In this document: positions 10,958 through 25,162 of the stretch, one piece after another
How positions within the stretch are numbered: position 1 is the first letter of the stretch
Layout: the number at the start of each line of letters is the position of its first letter
Assembly (NCBI GenBank): GCA_038496445.1
Contig: JALMLS010000516.1
Span: 62,001 to 126,000, forward strand
DNA: 64,000 nucleotides
Source: Trichosphaerium sp. ATCC 40318
Taxonomy: Eukaryota; Protista; Tubulinea
Direction: 5' to 3'
Notes under the pieces: model-generated
The model's input: only the letters and a program-made list of their open reading frames with translations
The model's database searches: none
Told to the model about the DNA's origin: nothing
Made by a program: the position numbers and the translations under genes

Positions 10958-13900
10958 CTAAAACGTACTGCCATGTCTTTTGTGTTTAGATATTTGCATC
11001 TCCCCCTCACTTTCTGTAGTACCACGCTTTAGCGTGAGAGAAGGTGCACTAAAACTACGCCGATATTGTCGTCTGTTTTCAGCAGTTGACCGACGCTCTG
11101 TTGATCGTTTCCCTGAAGCTACTAGAGGTGGTGTATAACCCTTTGAAGCTTTCCTTCCACCCAAGAATTTCTTTCTTATTGTTTTAAGCTTCGACGTCTT
11201 GCGCTTCTTGCCCTTTGAGTCTTCTTTGCTATCTCCACTACCTTTACGATCAGGTGGGAAAGAAGGTGCGTAGGCAATAGGACGCCCAGGAGAGGTTCTT
11301 TGAGAGTCAGACATAGTATAACTTCTTTGCACTGGACTATTTGAAGTGCTTTGGCTTGGTGACGAATCACTTGATGTTACTTGCTGCGCTGTACGTATAG
11401 GTTCGTGATTGATCGGAGGAAGTATAGGTACTGCTGCTATCGACTGTTTTGGAGAGGTAGAGGTATCCTCAGAACCACCAGTGGAACTCGTTTGAATCTG
11501 TTGCATTAGCATGTCACATTCAGATTGATTTAGTGAGCTTCCTGTATCACTGTGTCCTTCTTTAAGTATGTCTTCAACATTGAAACCCTCTTGTTTGAAA
11601 GATTCTTTTGGTTTCGTGGCGTTATGTGGTTTAGGAAGGGACCCCATGGAAGGGCTCCTTGGTAGGTTCTCAAACTCGTCATACACGATACAAAAGGAAT
11701 CGCACTCAGATAAACGCCTTGAATCTCGACTACTTGAAGCAACGCGTAGTACTGTTTTGTTTACCAGTTCCATTTGAGGGATGTAGTCTTCTGGAAGCTT
11801 AGTGCTTTTTTTTGAGTTCTGTAGTAGAACACGAAGCTTTGCTTGATCTCCAATACTTAGAGGCTCTTTTGAGTAGTCAAGTCTTCCTGTGATATTAACA
11901 GGACGCTCTTTTGTTACTTCAGGTAACATTCTAACATGTAACGGTTGTTTATAGCCCTTAGGTACCTAGTTATGAAGTTAGAATGCGACTTTGGGTATTA
12001 ATTACCACTACTACGTACTGCCGGTATAAAATTATGTGAAGGTGATTCCAATATGGAGGCTGTAGCTGTAGGTACTTGTCTTTTTAAAATCTAAAACAAA
12101 CGTAAGGAACAGACTCCAAAAAAGGAAAAAAAAATCAAAAAAAGAAAAGTCTGCTTTGCAAAGTACGCACTTGGTCTTTTGTTCTCACTTTAATATTTCC
12201 AGTTCTAGTAGTACTACCAGAACCCTAGTAAAACCTTGCTTAGCCAAGAAAGAAAAATATTGTAGAATCCAGTACGTACTAGTTCCCTATTCAAAAAACT
12301 CTGATTAGACCCGTATCTATCTCTAGATATCGAGCTGGTAAACCCACTAATATTAGAAGAAAGGCGGTCTCTAGAAATGCCGCTATTATTCGATAGAAAT
12401 CTATTTCTATTTGACGCTATGCTATTAGCAAAGCCTGTAGAAGCAGAACCAAGGCTTCTATCAGTTGTAGGTGCAGATTCTGCAGGTATACTAAAGCTTA
12501 ATAGGCCTTGTACGTCTTCATCTAATCCATTAGCTGTTCTATCCAACTCTCTCACATCTAGCTCAAAGTTTAATTGAGTTTCGCCAGTACTACCCGTTGT
12601 GACCACAGCTATAATAAGTATGAGCCAAGTAGTTGTTTGTAGTATGATGGGTTTTGTGTTTAAGAGGAAAGAGAAAGTGCTAGTTTTTTGCTACGTACAA
12701 GCGCCCAATGATGATTCAGAAAGTCCTTCAATGTCTGTGAAAGAGAGCTAGAAAGTTTTAATTAGAGAGAACTACAACCAAGTATATGCACATCGTTAAC
12801 AATACGTACATCTGGTGGGCCTGTTATTACGTCTGGTAAATCAGTAATACTTGGTGGAGAGCTTAAGGAAGAGCTGTTTTCTTTACTAGAAGATGTATAA
12901 CATAGCTTGGATGAATGAGACTGAGAAATAATATTTTGAGGTGACGATGGTTGGTATGGTTCTAATCACGAAAGAAAGAAAGGTTAGACTAAAAACCAAT
13001 GGGAAATTTTATCGAAAAAAAAAGCAAAAACCGTACGCCACTTAGAATCTCCTGGTTGTCTTAAAACAGCAAAACTAGGCGATGACTCTGATTCAGAGAT
13101 ACCACTGCTTGTTGTAGGTGCACTAGAGCTTTGATCATTACCAGCTTTTTCTATTAATCTTTCTGCTGTCTATATACATTTGTTAGTTCTGTGTTTACTG
13201 CTATTGGTTTTTGTACGATAAAAAGAATCCAAGATAAGAAGAGAAAGAATTAAAAATAGATTTTCAAGAAAACCGAAAAAAAAGGTTAGTGTACCGTAAG
13301 AATGTCTTCAAAATCATCTGGAACTGGCATAGGACTTCCGCTTGAATTCACAGATGCTAGTCGAGGCAGAGGCGACAAGTCAATTTGTTGTCCTAACTCG
13401 TTTAAGCTCAAACAAAATATAAAACAGGTTTTTGCTCCAAAAACGGCAAGCCAAATTAGGATAGTTATTACGTACCTCCGAAAGCTTCATTAATTTGCAT
13501 CTCGACCAATGTCAGAGGATTATAGGTGTCAACCATGTTAGGAACAAATGTAAGTACACTACGAATAGAAGGACCATTCGGTGTTGAAGTAGAAGCAGAT
13601 AAAGAGTCTAGTTCATTAAGAGTTCCGACTTCTTCTTCAGAATCTAAGTGTACATCCAACAACTTGCTTTTAGCTGCAAAAGATTTACGCTCAGCTCTCA
13701 TTGCGTTTAATGCTAGAACAAAAAGGTTAACAAACGAGGTAAAACGGAAAAAAAAACCAAACAAAAAAAAAAAAGTAAAATTCACCTGTTGAGTTATGAG
13801 AGGATGGCTTCGCTTTGTTACTAGATATTTGTTGGAGTTGTGACATCTTCATTATCTCCTATAATATTATAAGTCAATTACATTGATTTAAATGTCATTG

Positions 13901-15142
13901 TTGTAAAGATACTTTGGGTACATACATGTAAAATTTCTATTATGTCAATGGAGTTTCTACTATCTACTGGTTCGATAGTTTTCTTGTAATGGTTCTCAAT
14001 ATGAAGCGCAGCTTTCGCAATATTCATTGCTTTGTCTGTAGCAATATTCTAAAGAAAACAATCAATTGATCAAACCGCTAAAGGTTGAAAACAATTTGTT
14101 TTGAAGTGAATTATAGACGCACAAGTCGCTCAGCGGAAGAGTCGTTCACAACAGCAAGAAAGAATTCAAGTGATTTTATAACAGTAGATTGGAAGTTGAT
14201 TACTTTTTGCTTGAACTCGTTAACCTCATCAAACCGCTTTTCCATACTGGATGCATCAGGAACGAAATTTGTAATCTAAAGAAAAAATACGTGTCAGCAA
14301 AATAAATACACAAAAAAGGAAGGTAATAAAACACTATCGTACTCTGTATAGTGGCTTTCGTATGAAATAAGAAAATTTAGACGTTTTATTCAATAACTCG
14401 ATGCAAAAGTCACTGTATAACCTATAATAAAGTATGAGTAATAGAGTAACAAGCACTGTAGCCAAAAAGAGGAAAGTTTAGTGGCACTTTCGCGATTTTT
14501 TTTATGAATTAAATGGTTTACCTTTGTAAGTCTGTCATATGATGCGCTTGGCGTCTGTACTTGTGTAGCTGGCCAATAATCTGCACAATATTCATCCATT
14601 GTTCACAGGTCGGGTAATCGTCGGTTGTTTCCACAGTGTTATTAGGCTTCCGTCCTACTTCTGGCGATCTAAGTTCAAGCACTCTAGTACCAGCTTGGAG
14701 GATGTAATACGCTTGTTTCTTTGCTTTTGGTTTAGCTTCTGGTACAGATGTGCTTCTCCTCTTAGGAGAAGTAAAACCATGCGCTCGTCGTGTATTGGGC
14801 GAATTTGCCTCTTTTGGCGAAACGTAGCTAACAGCTTCAAAAGCTGCAAGGTTAATTGTCCCTTGCGGTTGGTAAGGGGAATATTGAGCGTCCTACAGTA
14901 AACTAGTCAGTATAAAGAGCTTTTTAGCTTTTTTGGGTGAGAACCTGTGTTGTTTTATAATAATGCAATTCGTTAGGCTGTAGTACAAACCACCGCTTCT
15001 TCCAATTTCGGCGACTCCCAACACCGCCTTTAAAACCACCTTTTTTTGTTATGTACCCTTCGAACAAGGGACCACAGCAATTACCATCATCGTCATTTGC
15101 TGGCCTACAACTTTTACTGCTGCCCTTCTTTGGTTTACTCAT
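10958..15142 (-). CDS. PH-domain protein with long Ser-rich low-complexity C-terminus, multi-exon
   Basis: EGYITKKGGFKGGVGSRRNWKKRWFVL in exon 1; about 13 GT-AG introns. Confidence 0.8.
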
Positions 15143-15715
15143 CTTATCAAGTTGCTTGGTTTAGCTCTAGGATGAAATTCAAAGGCGCCTTGAAGCATGT
15201 GTGAGCACTACGCATTTACCAAAGCGTTCAAAAGCAATAAAAGCTGGTTGGATAAAAAGATGAAACTGGCGTTTTGTGAAGGGCTGGCTATAATTCTAGA
15301 CACGTACAAGAATTACGACGATGAAGCTAAAACATTGGCGTAAGCGCCACAGAAATACAAAGATAAAGCGCTTTTGCTTGGTTAATGCTTTGAACACCTG
15401 TTGCGCCTGGTGAATGCTTAGTTAGCGGTGTACTCAATAGAACCTTCCTTAACTTATCCAACTGAATGGTTTTTTTAGACACCATGTACCACTGCAGGGT
15501 GGTAATACACGAACTGTTGTGTAAAAAAATAAAACGCAAATTCTCTACAATTGTACGCTACACTCTTTCCGCACCAGTTTTCACATGAGCGAACTGGTAC
15601 GTTTGTATTGGTACAGACAATAAATCGCGAAACTTCACTTTTTACAACAAAAAAAGGACGTAAGTTGACCTACTGATGCTACCAAACGTGAGTACTTGTA
15701 ACAGAGTACGCAGCG

Positions 15716-18408
15716 ATGAGTAAAGTACGGAATAGAAGTACGGGAGCCGGTGTCCTAGAATTTGTAACAAACAACAGCAACGGCACTAGCAAACAACGTA
15801 CAAAAAGGGCGCGAAAAGACACGCAATCTACACCTCACCAATCAGAGCTTATCAATGATTCTCTCAGTGGTATACGACGCAAATTAATAATGTTTTGGAG
15901 CGTTAAACGAGTATAGGGTCACTAGGAAGCCTTTCAGATTTGAGCAGCTTACCAACCGATTCTAGCATATTTGGGGATATGAGCCTCAGGTGCGCACGCG
16001 CTGGTGCAGTTTCAGTAGCAGGAATAATGCAGCTAACTGATTAAGCTAGTCAGCCTACCGTTTCGCCTCAAAGGGACTGTGGCCAACAGCAGAGCCAACG
16101 TGCGTATTTTTCCACTGTAAAGTGTTTTTGTTGAGTGCTTACATCTTCAAGAATCAGTAGCAACGCCAACTACACAACAACTCCTTGGCAGTAATAATAG
16201 CTTGGATGGTTTAAGTGATAGTGCATCAGGAGCTTTTCTCAGGTACATTAGAGCCAAAAAAGCACTTTAATCTAACCTACACAGCCAAGACACTCCAAAT
16301 TCTCTTACTCAAAGTGGATCAAGAATTGCTTCTTCTCCTAGTGTTAGTTCAAGTCGTAAATCATCATCTCAGCGCAAAACAAAGTACGTCATAACCGAAC
16401 TTTCTGCTCTACAAAAAAATTACTCCAAACACTAATTGTTCAATAGTCCATTCTTTCGCACTGGGACGATTAGACGCTCACAAACAAAGTATGATGATAT
16501 ATTTGACTTGGTAGATAAAGATCAAGAGGAAGAGAAGGCGTTTAACTTCAAAGCAAAGGCTCCAGTGGTCAAGAAGCGTAAGACTATAAAAGTGAAAAAA
16601 AAGAGAAAAAATGAGTCTACAACATTGTCTTCAGGTACCGCCCACCTTCTCCTTCTATATCCAGCCTATTATGCTATTTGAAATAGTATAAAGTAGAACT
16701 AACATATACCGAAGGTACACCTACGTCTATGCGTAAGAGAAAGCAGATTTCTTCGTCGAAGAATATCCAAACTGAAGAAAACTCGGAAATAGAACGACCT
16801 AAAAAGAAACGAAAACTGGCTCCTTCTACTGACAAAGATATCATCCCTGAGACTCAAGTTATATCCCAAGATACTAAACAACCAAGTGAATCTAAGGTAA
16901 GACCAACTAATCAATAGTTTAACGCAGTTTAAGCACTAACGTCTGTCATCTTTAGGATCTTTTAGCAGATTGGTCATTGAAGTCTTCTTTACTTTTTACA
17001 TTTGATAAACCTATTCATTGGGGTAACACAATGTCGCCTTCTGTACGTCCTTAATACTTTCGGGTATATACTATCCTTGTATTAACATCAGGTACTCTCT
17101 AGGTATCTGCAAGCGGGACAGCAAACTTTATTAAAGGATGTTCAGACAAAAAGTATTGTGCCGAAGAAGAAAAGAATATACAAGTTGAGTTTGATAAATT
17201 ATTGTATCATTGGAGCTATCCTTGTGTCTCACTTCCACATTTCCAATGTGAAGCTATATCTAAAGTACAGTATATAAAACCACATTTACGTAAACCTGAT
17301 CAAGTGAGCATGTGGAAGTACTGGATTACAATGAAGGAAACATGGTATGAATCATTATGATTCAAAATGTTTTTTTACTTATTTCTCATTTAGGATGAAA
17401 AGTTTTCACTCTCTCTTCTATATGTTGCGTTGTAAACAATGTAGATTCTTCTATCTAAGATTCCCAACGTTTACTATACTATTTACAGCACCAGGTACGC
17501 AGTTCTTCAAGCGCAGCGACAGCACTTTATTGCTTGTCTTCTTTTTTTTTCAATAGTCGTTAAAGCTAACGTTAATGATTACTAAGGAACAAATGGCAGT
17601 AAAAGATTCTTAGCAAAGTTGAGTAGATCCACGCAAAGTCTTAGAAGAAAGTTAGAAGCTGCACATGTCGAATTTTCTATGCCTATGGCTCCTTATGGCG
17701 TTGATGATGTGGTATTACTTGACGAAGATAGAGAACTCTTAGAATTAGAGAAACAACATCCTGGACAAGTGTACGTCCCGTGTAAGTACTTAAAAGGGAT
17801 ATAACTGCTTTATAGGCGTAGGAAAGTGGTTAATGTTGATGGCCAGCTTGCCTCTCAACTATTCTTCACTGGAAGGTCTCAACTTCAGTCACTTTTTGTA
17901 TTTTTGAAAGACTATGTTGATAAAGATGAAGACATGATCTTACCTAAACTCCATGCACATGTACCATTTACAAACGCTTCTTTATGCAAGCTAGAACCGA
18001 AGTTCTCTACATTCAAGATGGTTCCAAAGGGTAAACGTGTTCTAGTGACACGACACAAGGTCAGCATTGAAGGAGTAATCCTTCCTCATTTATTCATCCG
18101 ACTTTGTGATTTCATGACGCGGATACAGTCGGAGTACCAAGTCATAGCAAATACAGAAGCGCTCTCTTTTGGATTAAACTGCAGTGGTGATTCTAGTAGC
18201 TTGAATACAAGTAAAGGAGATACACCTGACGAGTCACAAAACGACTTTTCGTTACCTGAATGTATGTTGTTTTTTTTTTGTACTTTGTTTTTATCAACCT
18301 GACTTTTCTTGTCTAGGTCTTATACAAGAATCTCAGTTGGGTAAAAACGTCATAAAGAAGCTTGTATATACCGATGAAAAGTTTAATTTCACTACAGTAA
18401 GCGAGTAG
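15716..18408 (+). CDS. DONSON: DONSON (downstream neighbour of SON) replication factor homologue
   Basis: Spliced motifs DWSLKSSLLF, SFHSLFYMLRCKQCRFFYLRFPTFTILF, SRSTQSLRRKLEAAHVEFSMP, LPKLHAHVPFTNASL and IEGVILPH. Confidence 0.85.
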
Positions 18409-18488
18409 GGGCGTCATTGTAACATTAATAAAAGTAAACAAATGCACAAAAAAAAGAAAGATGCTTTTAGTTAACATGTGAGGTTGTG

Positions 18489-19157
18489 CTACGATCGCTT
18501 TGATACGTAAAATACAATATCTTCTGGCCGGGCTCCTGTCATATACGCCATGGTATAGTCTGTGTTTCTAAGAGCACTAAAAGCGATAGCAACCTCGGCT
18601 TCCGAAGCTGATCCAACGGCAACTGTTGCTTTTAGTGATGATTCTTGAGGTACCATTCCTTGATATAAAGCGACGTGATGATTATTATTTTTTGGATTAA
18701 GTCCGTTGATTACCTTATATCCAACAATAAAGATGCCTGTTAGAATACGCATATTTGAGAGACTAGCTGGTTCGTATGTTGTCTCTGAACCTGATTTCAA
18801 AGCAGCTAGAGCAGCAGAACCAAGACCAACTTTAAAATCAGTACCAACAACTATTATGGCGTCCTTGTCCTCGTATTCTTCTCCTGTCCATGCGTATGAT
18901 CCCGCATTACCGCCAGAGAAAGGTAGAGGACCAATACTTGGCTTAGTAAGTTTGCCATCTTCAAAAATTGTTGAAGTGTTCGTTGCGTCGCCGTAGTAAA
19001 TAGCGACCCAGTAATTATCGATTTTGTAAGCAAGGGACTGCCATTGAACAGCAAAGAATCCATTTCCCAGAGTTGGTGTAACTTTCAGCTGGGACTCTTG
19101 CTGAGCGCAAGAACATGTGATGAATACAACGAGCAAAAATAGGGATAGTGTTGACAT
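18489..19157 (-). CDS. Secreted hypothetical protein, intronless
   Basis: 222-aa ORF with a clear signal peptide (MSTLSLFLLVVFITCSCA). Confidence 0.75.
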   Translation of the reverse strand: MSTLSLFLLVVFITCSCAQQESQLKVTPTLGNGFFAVQWQSLAYKIDNYWVAIYYGDATNTSTIFEDGKLTKPSIGPLPFSGGNAGSYAWTGEEYEDKDAIIVVGTDFKVGLGSAALAALKSGSETTYEPASLSNMRILTGIFIVGYKVINGLNPKNNNHHVALYQGMVPQESSLKATVAVGSASEAEVAIAFSALRNTDYTMAYMTGARPEDIVFYVSKRS

Positions 19158-19529
19158 TTAAGGTAATGACTCCGATTTGTATTTGATTAATACAAATACA
19201 AGAGTGTACGTCAACCTTGGTCTTGTGCAGCACAAGCCTTTCCCACAATTTTGGGACTATTACAATTGGACCATTGTTTGAGAAACTGTAATTTCGGACG
19301 TTGAGATTGATTTAAGAAAAGATGAAGAATCATTCAGTGCCACGTGGACAAAAACTTGGCGCCTTGAGCCAGAGTTTCAATGCTACGAGTGAGAACCTCG
19401 TGTAATAAGTTTTGAAATACCAGTTTAAAATTCGCAATGTGTAGCGCCTAAAATCTCCGCTTCTTCAGAATAAAACGTTACAAGTATAAATGCCTTTATT
19501 TACTACCACAAATGTATTGAATATGTAGA

Positions 19530-19830
19530 ATGTTTGTAAAGTTTTTGATCCGTACAGAGATTTCATTGGGTGTTGCATACGAAAACGTTTTTTCCAGTGT
19601 TGGGCTGGCAGACCTGTTAATAGCGTGGTCTCCCATCAACTAAAATCTATATGTCTCAAGTTGTCCATCATTATGCCATTCTTTGTATTCACCATTATTA
19701 TCATTAGCCCACATACTCTGTGCCTTTGACAGTGCATTTACATACCACGCTTTGGTATTCACCCTTTTGTTGTCTTCACCACTTATTTTACCATCCGTGT
19801 ACTGTCCGTTATTATGCCACATTATAGCTT
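19530..19830 (-). pseudogene. Decayed MORN-variant repeat gene
   Basis: MWHNNGQ, KAWYVN and NGEYKEWHNDGQLE fragments with internal deletions and an early stop. Confidence 0.7.
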
Positions 19831-20546
19831 CATCGTGTGGCTCTCTACTGACTCATGGAATGCCCAGCACTCTCCACTCTCAAATCCGTGGTATCCGTGG
19901 GTAAAAAATTGAAAAAAGAGGCACAAAGTACGTTTTCTGAGTAGAAAAATGGAGCAAGAAAACCTGTCATGACAGTACTACTAGGATCGTTCTTACCAAC
20001 ATGAATATCACATGATTACTACTTCCAAAATCTGCATTAGTGCCTTGTTTTGAATATTCATTTGCGACTATCATACATATTTTTAACAACTACTTAGTGT
20101 TAGCTAGTTCAAAGTCAGTTTTTGGCTAGATGTTGTGCACAAATGCAAAGTATGAAGTAAACATTCAAAGACTTTTCAATTGGTGTCCGTAAAACAAAGG
20201 TTGGTATATCTGAAATTCTTACAGATTTTTGGAGTGTTTGTTTCCTAGAACTAAAAGATTTCGAATGAATGTTTTAGCAATCGTTGTTATTTGGTAACCG
20301 TCACATATGTTACAAACTCGTTCGTCCACTATAGCCCACTATAGACCACTGTGCATCACTACTGTAAGTTGGTGAATCATGGCTGTACTTAGCAGTATAA
20401 TTGCTTATTGGCTTAAACTTATTTCTTGGTAAAAGCACTTTCACAGCAGCTCTTTATTCATCTTCAGATACGTGTCATATTACATCAAGTGAGTAAAATA
20501 CACTATGAAAACAGAGTTTTTAATCACTAATGGTAATGGGGTTAGC

Positions 20547-23500
20547 ATGGAACACGTGGGTACTGACCCAATGTTGGTAGACGTTGCATCTGCACAGAAC
20601 GATATGAACTCTTCTATTGTACCTACCAAACGACAAAAAACTATTGGAGAAGTATCTCAGACTGTTCATTTAACTTATGAGATATTGTTGATGATTTTTC
20701 TACAAATACGATACACTGACTTGAAACGAGCGGCTTGTGTTGATGTACGTTCAAACAATATTTCAACTTGTCGGATTCTCATTGTACAAGCGATTATGGT
20801 GTGAAGTTAGCCGTGACTCTAAGCTTGTCTGGATTTCCCTATTCGAAGATGAAGATGGGCGTATACGAGGAGAATGGACTTTAAGACAAGTCAACCCAGA
20901 GAATGACTTGGAAAAACAAAAAGTACTGTTTAAGAGTATTCCCATCGACAAACTGAAATTAGAACACTTAAACTTGAGTGTTCGAAGGCAAGATAGAGGC
21001 GATGAAGAGCATAGATGCATTGTACGTTGACCATTTCAATAAGCGTGCTACTGACTTAGCTCTAGCTTTGTGCAGGGGAAGACAAATTTGAACTGGAAAC
21101 ATCAGAACTATTGCTGAGTCCTTGTATTGTTGGTATGGCTTTCAATGAGTTTACTTGGAAAACTATGATGTCAGATCCTGTTCTTTGGTGTGTTGATATT
21201 ATAGACACTGGTAAAGAAGGCTCCAATGGTCGCATTGTAAAACTAAACCTTCTCCTCAACACCTAGGTATGTAAGAGTAGGGAACTTTCTCTTTCTTGAA
21301 TATTTCTGATTTTTTTCGTAAAAGGTTGTATGATGTGGTTCAAAGGAAACAGGATGTTCCTGGTCTTATGCTTATGATGGTTGCGGCAATTAGAGATTTT
21401 ATTTTCACCACAATTGAACCTAAACGGCTTTACGCGTTTTCTTTGAAACGGCCGTTTATGTGCATGGTACATGTCGCTGTTCAGCGGAAAATTTGTTTTG
21501 ACAATGATGTAGGACGGTGTCAAGATACAGAAACAACCGAAACACCTTAATTTGAGGTTATACAATTATCAAAGAAATGCTTACAGTTGGATGCTGGCTG
21601 TTGAGACAGATAAGAACTTTCGTGGTAACACTTTTTGTTGTTTTACTTTTGTAATTTGGAGTTAAATTATTTATAGAGTTCAAGTGCAATACACTGGTAC
21701 CTTGGCCTCGATCAAAGATTCCTATTCTATTTGACGTTTTACAAAAAGAAATACTTACAGCTGAGCAATTTGAAGAAAGAGGGAAAGTCGATAGTGTTAC
21801 GTTTTCTGGTGGTTTATTGGCTGGTACTCTCAAGTTTTATCTTGATATTGTATCATTGTATTATTGATTTAACGTTAATTAGATGACATGGGACTTGGTA
21901 AAATCACTGAAGGTAACTTAATTTTCTCACTTTTTTCTTTACTTGACATTTCTATCAGTTTTAGCCTTGATTCTTGGTCATCCAAAAAAAAATCACAAAC
22001 CCTGTGTCATTAAAGACGAGAATGGTGTTTCTTTCTATTCTTCAAAAGCAACTCTTGGTAATGCTCTACATGCATATAATGACCTATTAACAGATTTATT
22101 AGTGTGTTGTCCAAGTCACCTTGCAGAGCAATGGTGTGAAGAGATTAAAAAACAGTCCAAGATCAAACTTGATGTAAAGAAGATAGCGACACTCACTCAA
22201 CTTCGTAAATGTAATGCTCGGGCTCTATCAAATGCTGGTACATTGAATAACATCAGAATCAGGTATTTTCGTTCTGAATCTGCATTGACTGTAATCTTTT
22301 AGATGTTGTAGTTGTACCATATAAGTTTCTCGAAAATCTCGCCTATATACGAATGGTGTTGCCAGAGGTGCGTTGTCGTAAAGACTACGACCCCGAAGGC
22401 CGTACTAAGAATGTTGAAAAAAAGCGCAAGGTACATAAAATTATATTAAAGTCACGTGTGTTAATTGAATCACAGTCTGAAATCAGAAAGGATAATTTGG
22501 ATTCAAACTCCAAGAAAACACCTATTCTCGACTACTTTATGTGGTACCGTTTAGTACTTGATGAGGTACATGTTAATTATAGATTAATGAAATAACTGGA
22601 AAAAGGGGCATGAAGAAATTCAGTATTGGGATTTTCAAGGTACTAATGTAGATTGGCAACTCTTAAGAGGCAATATCAAAACCTTACAAATTATCTAGAA
22701 TTATTCTGGAAAAATCTCAATTCGACGTTTAAGTGGTATGTTACCGGTATGTATACATGTTACAGTGTTGTCAGTCTTAGTTTCTTTAGGCACACCATTC
22801 CCGAATTTGTACGTATTATTGAAAATGTGGAGAATGTAGTACCAATCATTCGATAGGAAAATAGTTAAATATGCAATCAAGTTCCTGATGAAAAAGACAA
22901 CATTGTCTTATTCCTGGGAGTGGTATATTAGGACCTGGAGTAATAATTTTTGTAAAAACACTGATTTGATAGAAGACAGTAATACTGTTGTAAACGAGTG
23001 TTGCAAGCACGTTGAGTATTGTTTAATGCTATGCTAGACTAACACATTTTACATTATAGCTTTCATGTACAAGATATAATGAGAAATAACTTAATTTGGA
23101 GAAACACAAAACAGACTGCTGGTTCAGAGTTTGACGTACCTCCTTATACAGAACAAGCAATTATCATTCCTTTCCATCCTGTCGAACAAGCTGTCTATGA
23201 TTCTTTTGTAAAACTAAAGTGGTTGGGTACGTTGCATTTGATTATTTCTTTGGAGCTTGTGTTGTTTTGCTTTGTACTCCTTACAAATGTAAAGGAAATA
23301 TGAGGGAGTGTTGCGGAATGAATATGGAAACGAAAACAATAAACTGTTTGCTTGCTGAACTGATCGAAAATTTCTGTACGTTTTTTGATTTACAAATACA
23401 TAAACTTACTAAGTGCAAGGGTAAAATCAAGTATTATCAAGGCTACATAGTGGAAGCCAAATTTGCAATAGAGTTTGCAACAAAACTTATAAAATGCGAA

Positions 23501-24821
23501 CCGATTTATGCCAAGAGAAGGGTGAAAGAGAAAACAAACAAGTTACAGGTTTAAGAGTTTCTGTCACTATCTGTGGCTTACTACGACTTCCAGGGATACC
23601 GTAAACAAGCAAAAGCTCTTGACGAATGTAAGGTGTTACTTGAAAATACGGTAAATATTAATATTAACTTTTAAATCACGTGCCGTCTAAATGGCTTCTG
23701 TTTTAGATCAAAGAAGATACATCATTTATAGAAACGAAAAAAATAATAATTAAATATGAATGTGGTGCCAAAGATATGAACTACAATCAATTACAATCAG
23801 CACTAGAAAAGCACGGTATTGAGATTAACGATGAGAGTGAGGCGAGAAGCACAGTTCGTAAAATTATACAAGATGAGAAGAGAGTACTTGATTTGTTTTT
23901 ATTAATATGCTGACATTAGTTGTAGCGTGGATATGAGTACAAGTACAAAGGTCTCACTTTCAATGAGATGAAAATAATGTAACATTACACATGTTGTGAC
24001 CATTTTTTTACTAATGCTCACAATAGCTATGGAAGCAAGGCAGCGCAGCTGATTCAGATATTGAGTAAAAAATCAAATACTGACAAAAAAGTGATTCTGT
24101 TCTCTCAAAATGAAAAACTACTCAAGCATATAGATAAGGCTCTCTTTGAAAACAACATTTACGCTACTTTGGTTGATAAGTACGTTTACATAGTTGATAG
24201 ATTTCCGAATAAGATTAACGATAATCCTTCGTAACATTCCATAAGAACTAAAACAGCATAGATATGTGCTACGAAATACAAAAGTAATTGACTCGTTCCG
24301 AGACAAGAGCAAAGATATCATTAAATGTAGAGTTAATCTTCTCAAGTACGTATTGCTTGTTAAATCTGGAGCAAACTAAATAGTTGCTCTTGTATTTAGT
24401 ATGTCAACGGCTGCACAAGCAGTAAACTTGACGGACACTGATATGGTATTTCTGTTGGGTAAGATATTACTTCTAGCTTTTCTTGCGCATTGCTGAGAAC
24501 GCCTAGATCCAATATTTAACTCAAACGAAGAAAAAGAAGTTAAAGGCATTGAAAAAACAGGTGAAATAGCGAATTGAGATGAGTTTCCTTCTGCTACTAA
24601 CACTTTAAATAGTAATTGAAAGAGCTTACAAAATTGGTCAAAAGAAGCAAGTCACTGTTTACCGCCTTATTATGAAGGATACTATTCAGTTTGATCATTA
24701 CAACGTGAGTCAATACATGTACGACAAGTGATTATTAGATTACCTCAAATAACCAGAAAAATCTAGGAAGAAGGAGCAAAAAACACAAAAGAAAAATCGT
24801 TCATACTGGGACTGGGATTAG
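20547..24821 (+). CDS. F-box + SNF2 (RAD5/RAD16-like) helicase with degenerate ATPase motifs, ~19 introns
   Basis: F-box LTYEILLMIFLQI...ACVDRLW; GGLLADDMGLGKITE, CPSHLAEQW, RLVLDEGHE, VTGTPFPN, KVILFSQ, AAQAVNL, EKTVIERAYKIGQ. Confidence 0.85.
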
Positions 24822-24880
24822 TAATCAACATTTGCTTTGTATTCCAAAATTGCATACAAATAAAATAACAGTTAACGATA

Positions 24881-24946
24881 GTCTGGATTTCTCTTATTGA
24901 CGATAAACACGGTATATACGAGGAGAATGGGCTTTAAGACAAGTCA
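24881..24946 (+). repeat. Degenerate copy of 20827-20894 (remnant of an F-box/SNF2 5' exon)
   Basis: GTCTGGATTTC...TATACGAGGAGAATGGgCTTTAAGACAAGTCAA matches exon 2 of the upstream gene. Confidence 0.85.
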
Positions 24947-25162
24947 ATCAAAACATGGCCTGAAGAACTTATTAGTAGTCCAAACTTGATGATCCGTACA
25001 TACAGCAACAAAAAACCCCCAAAAACATGAACGTTGCAAAAATAAGGTTTCACTTTTTGACAAGTGATACTTAAGCTAGTATTATGTGAACGTCAGTTTT
25101 TTGCTTTTTTTTGTTTTGTTTTCAAATAAATCTTGTTTTTAGAAGCAACTGCTAGTGTCAAC

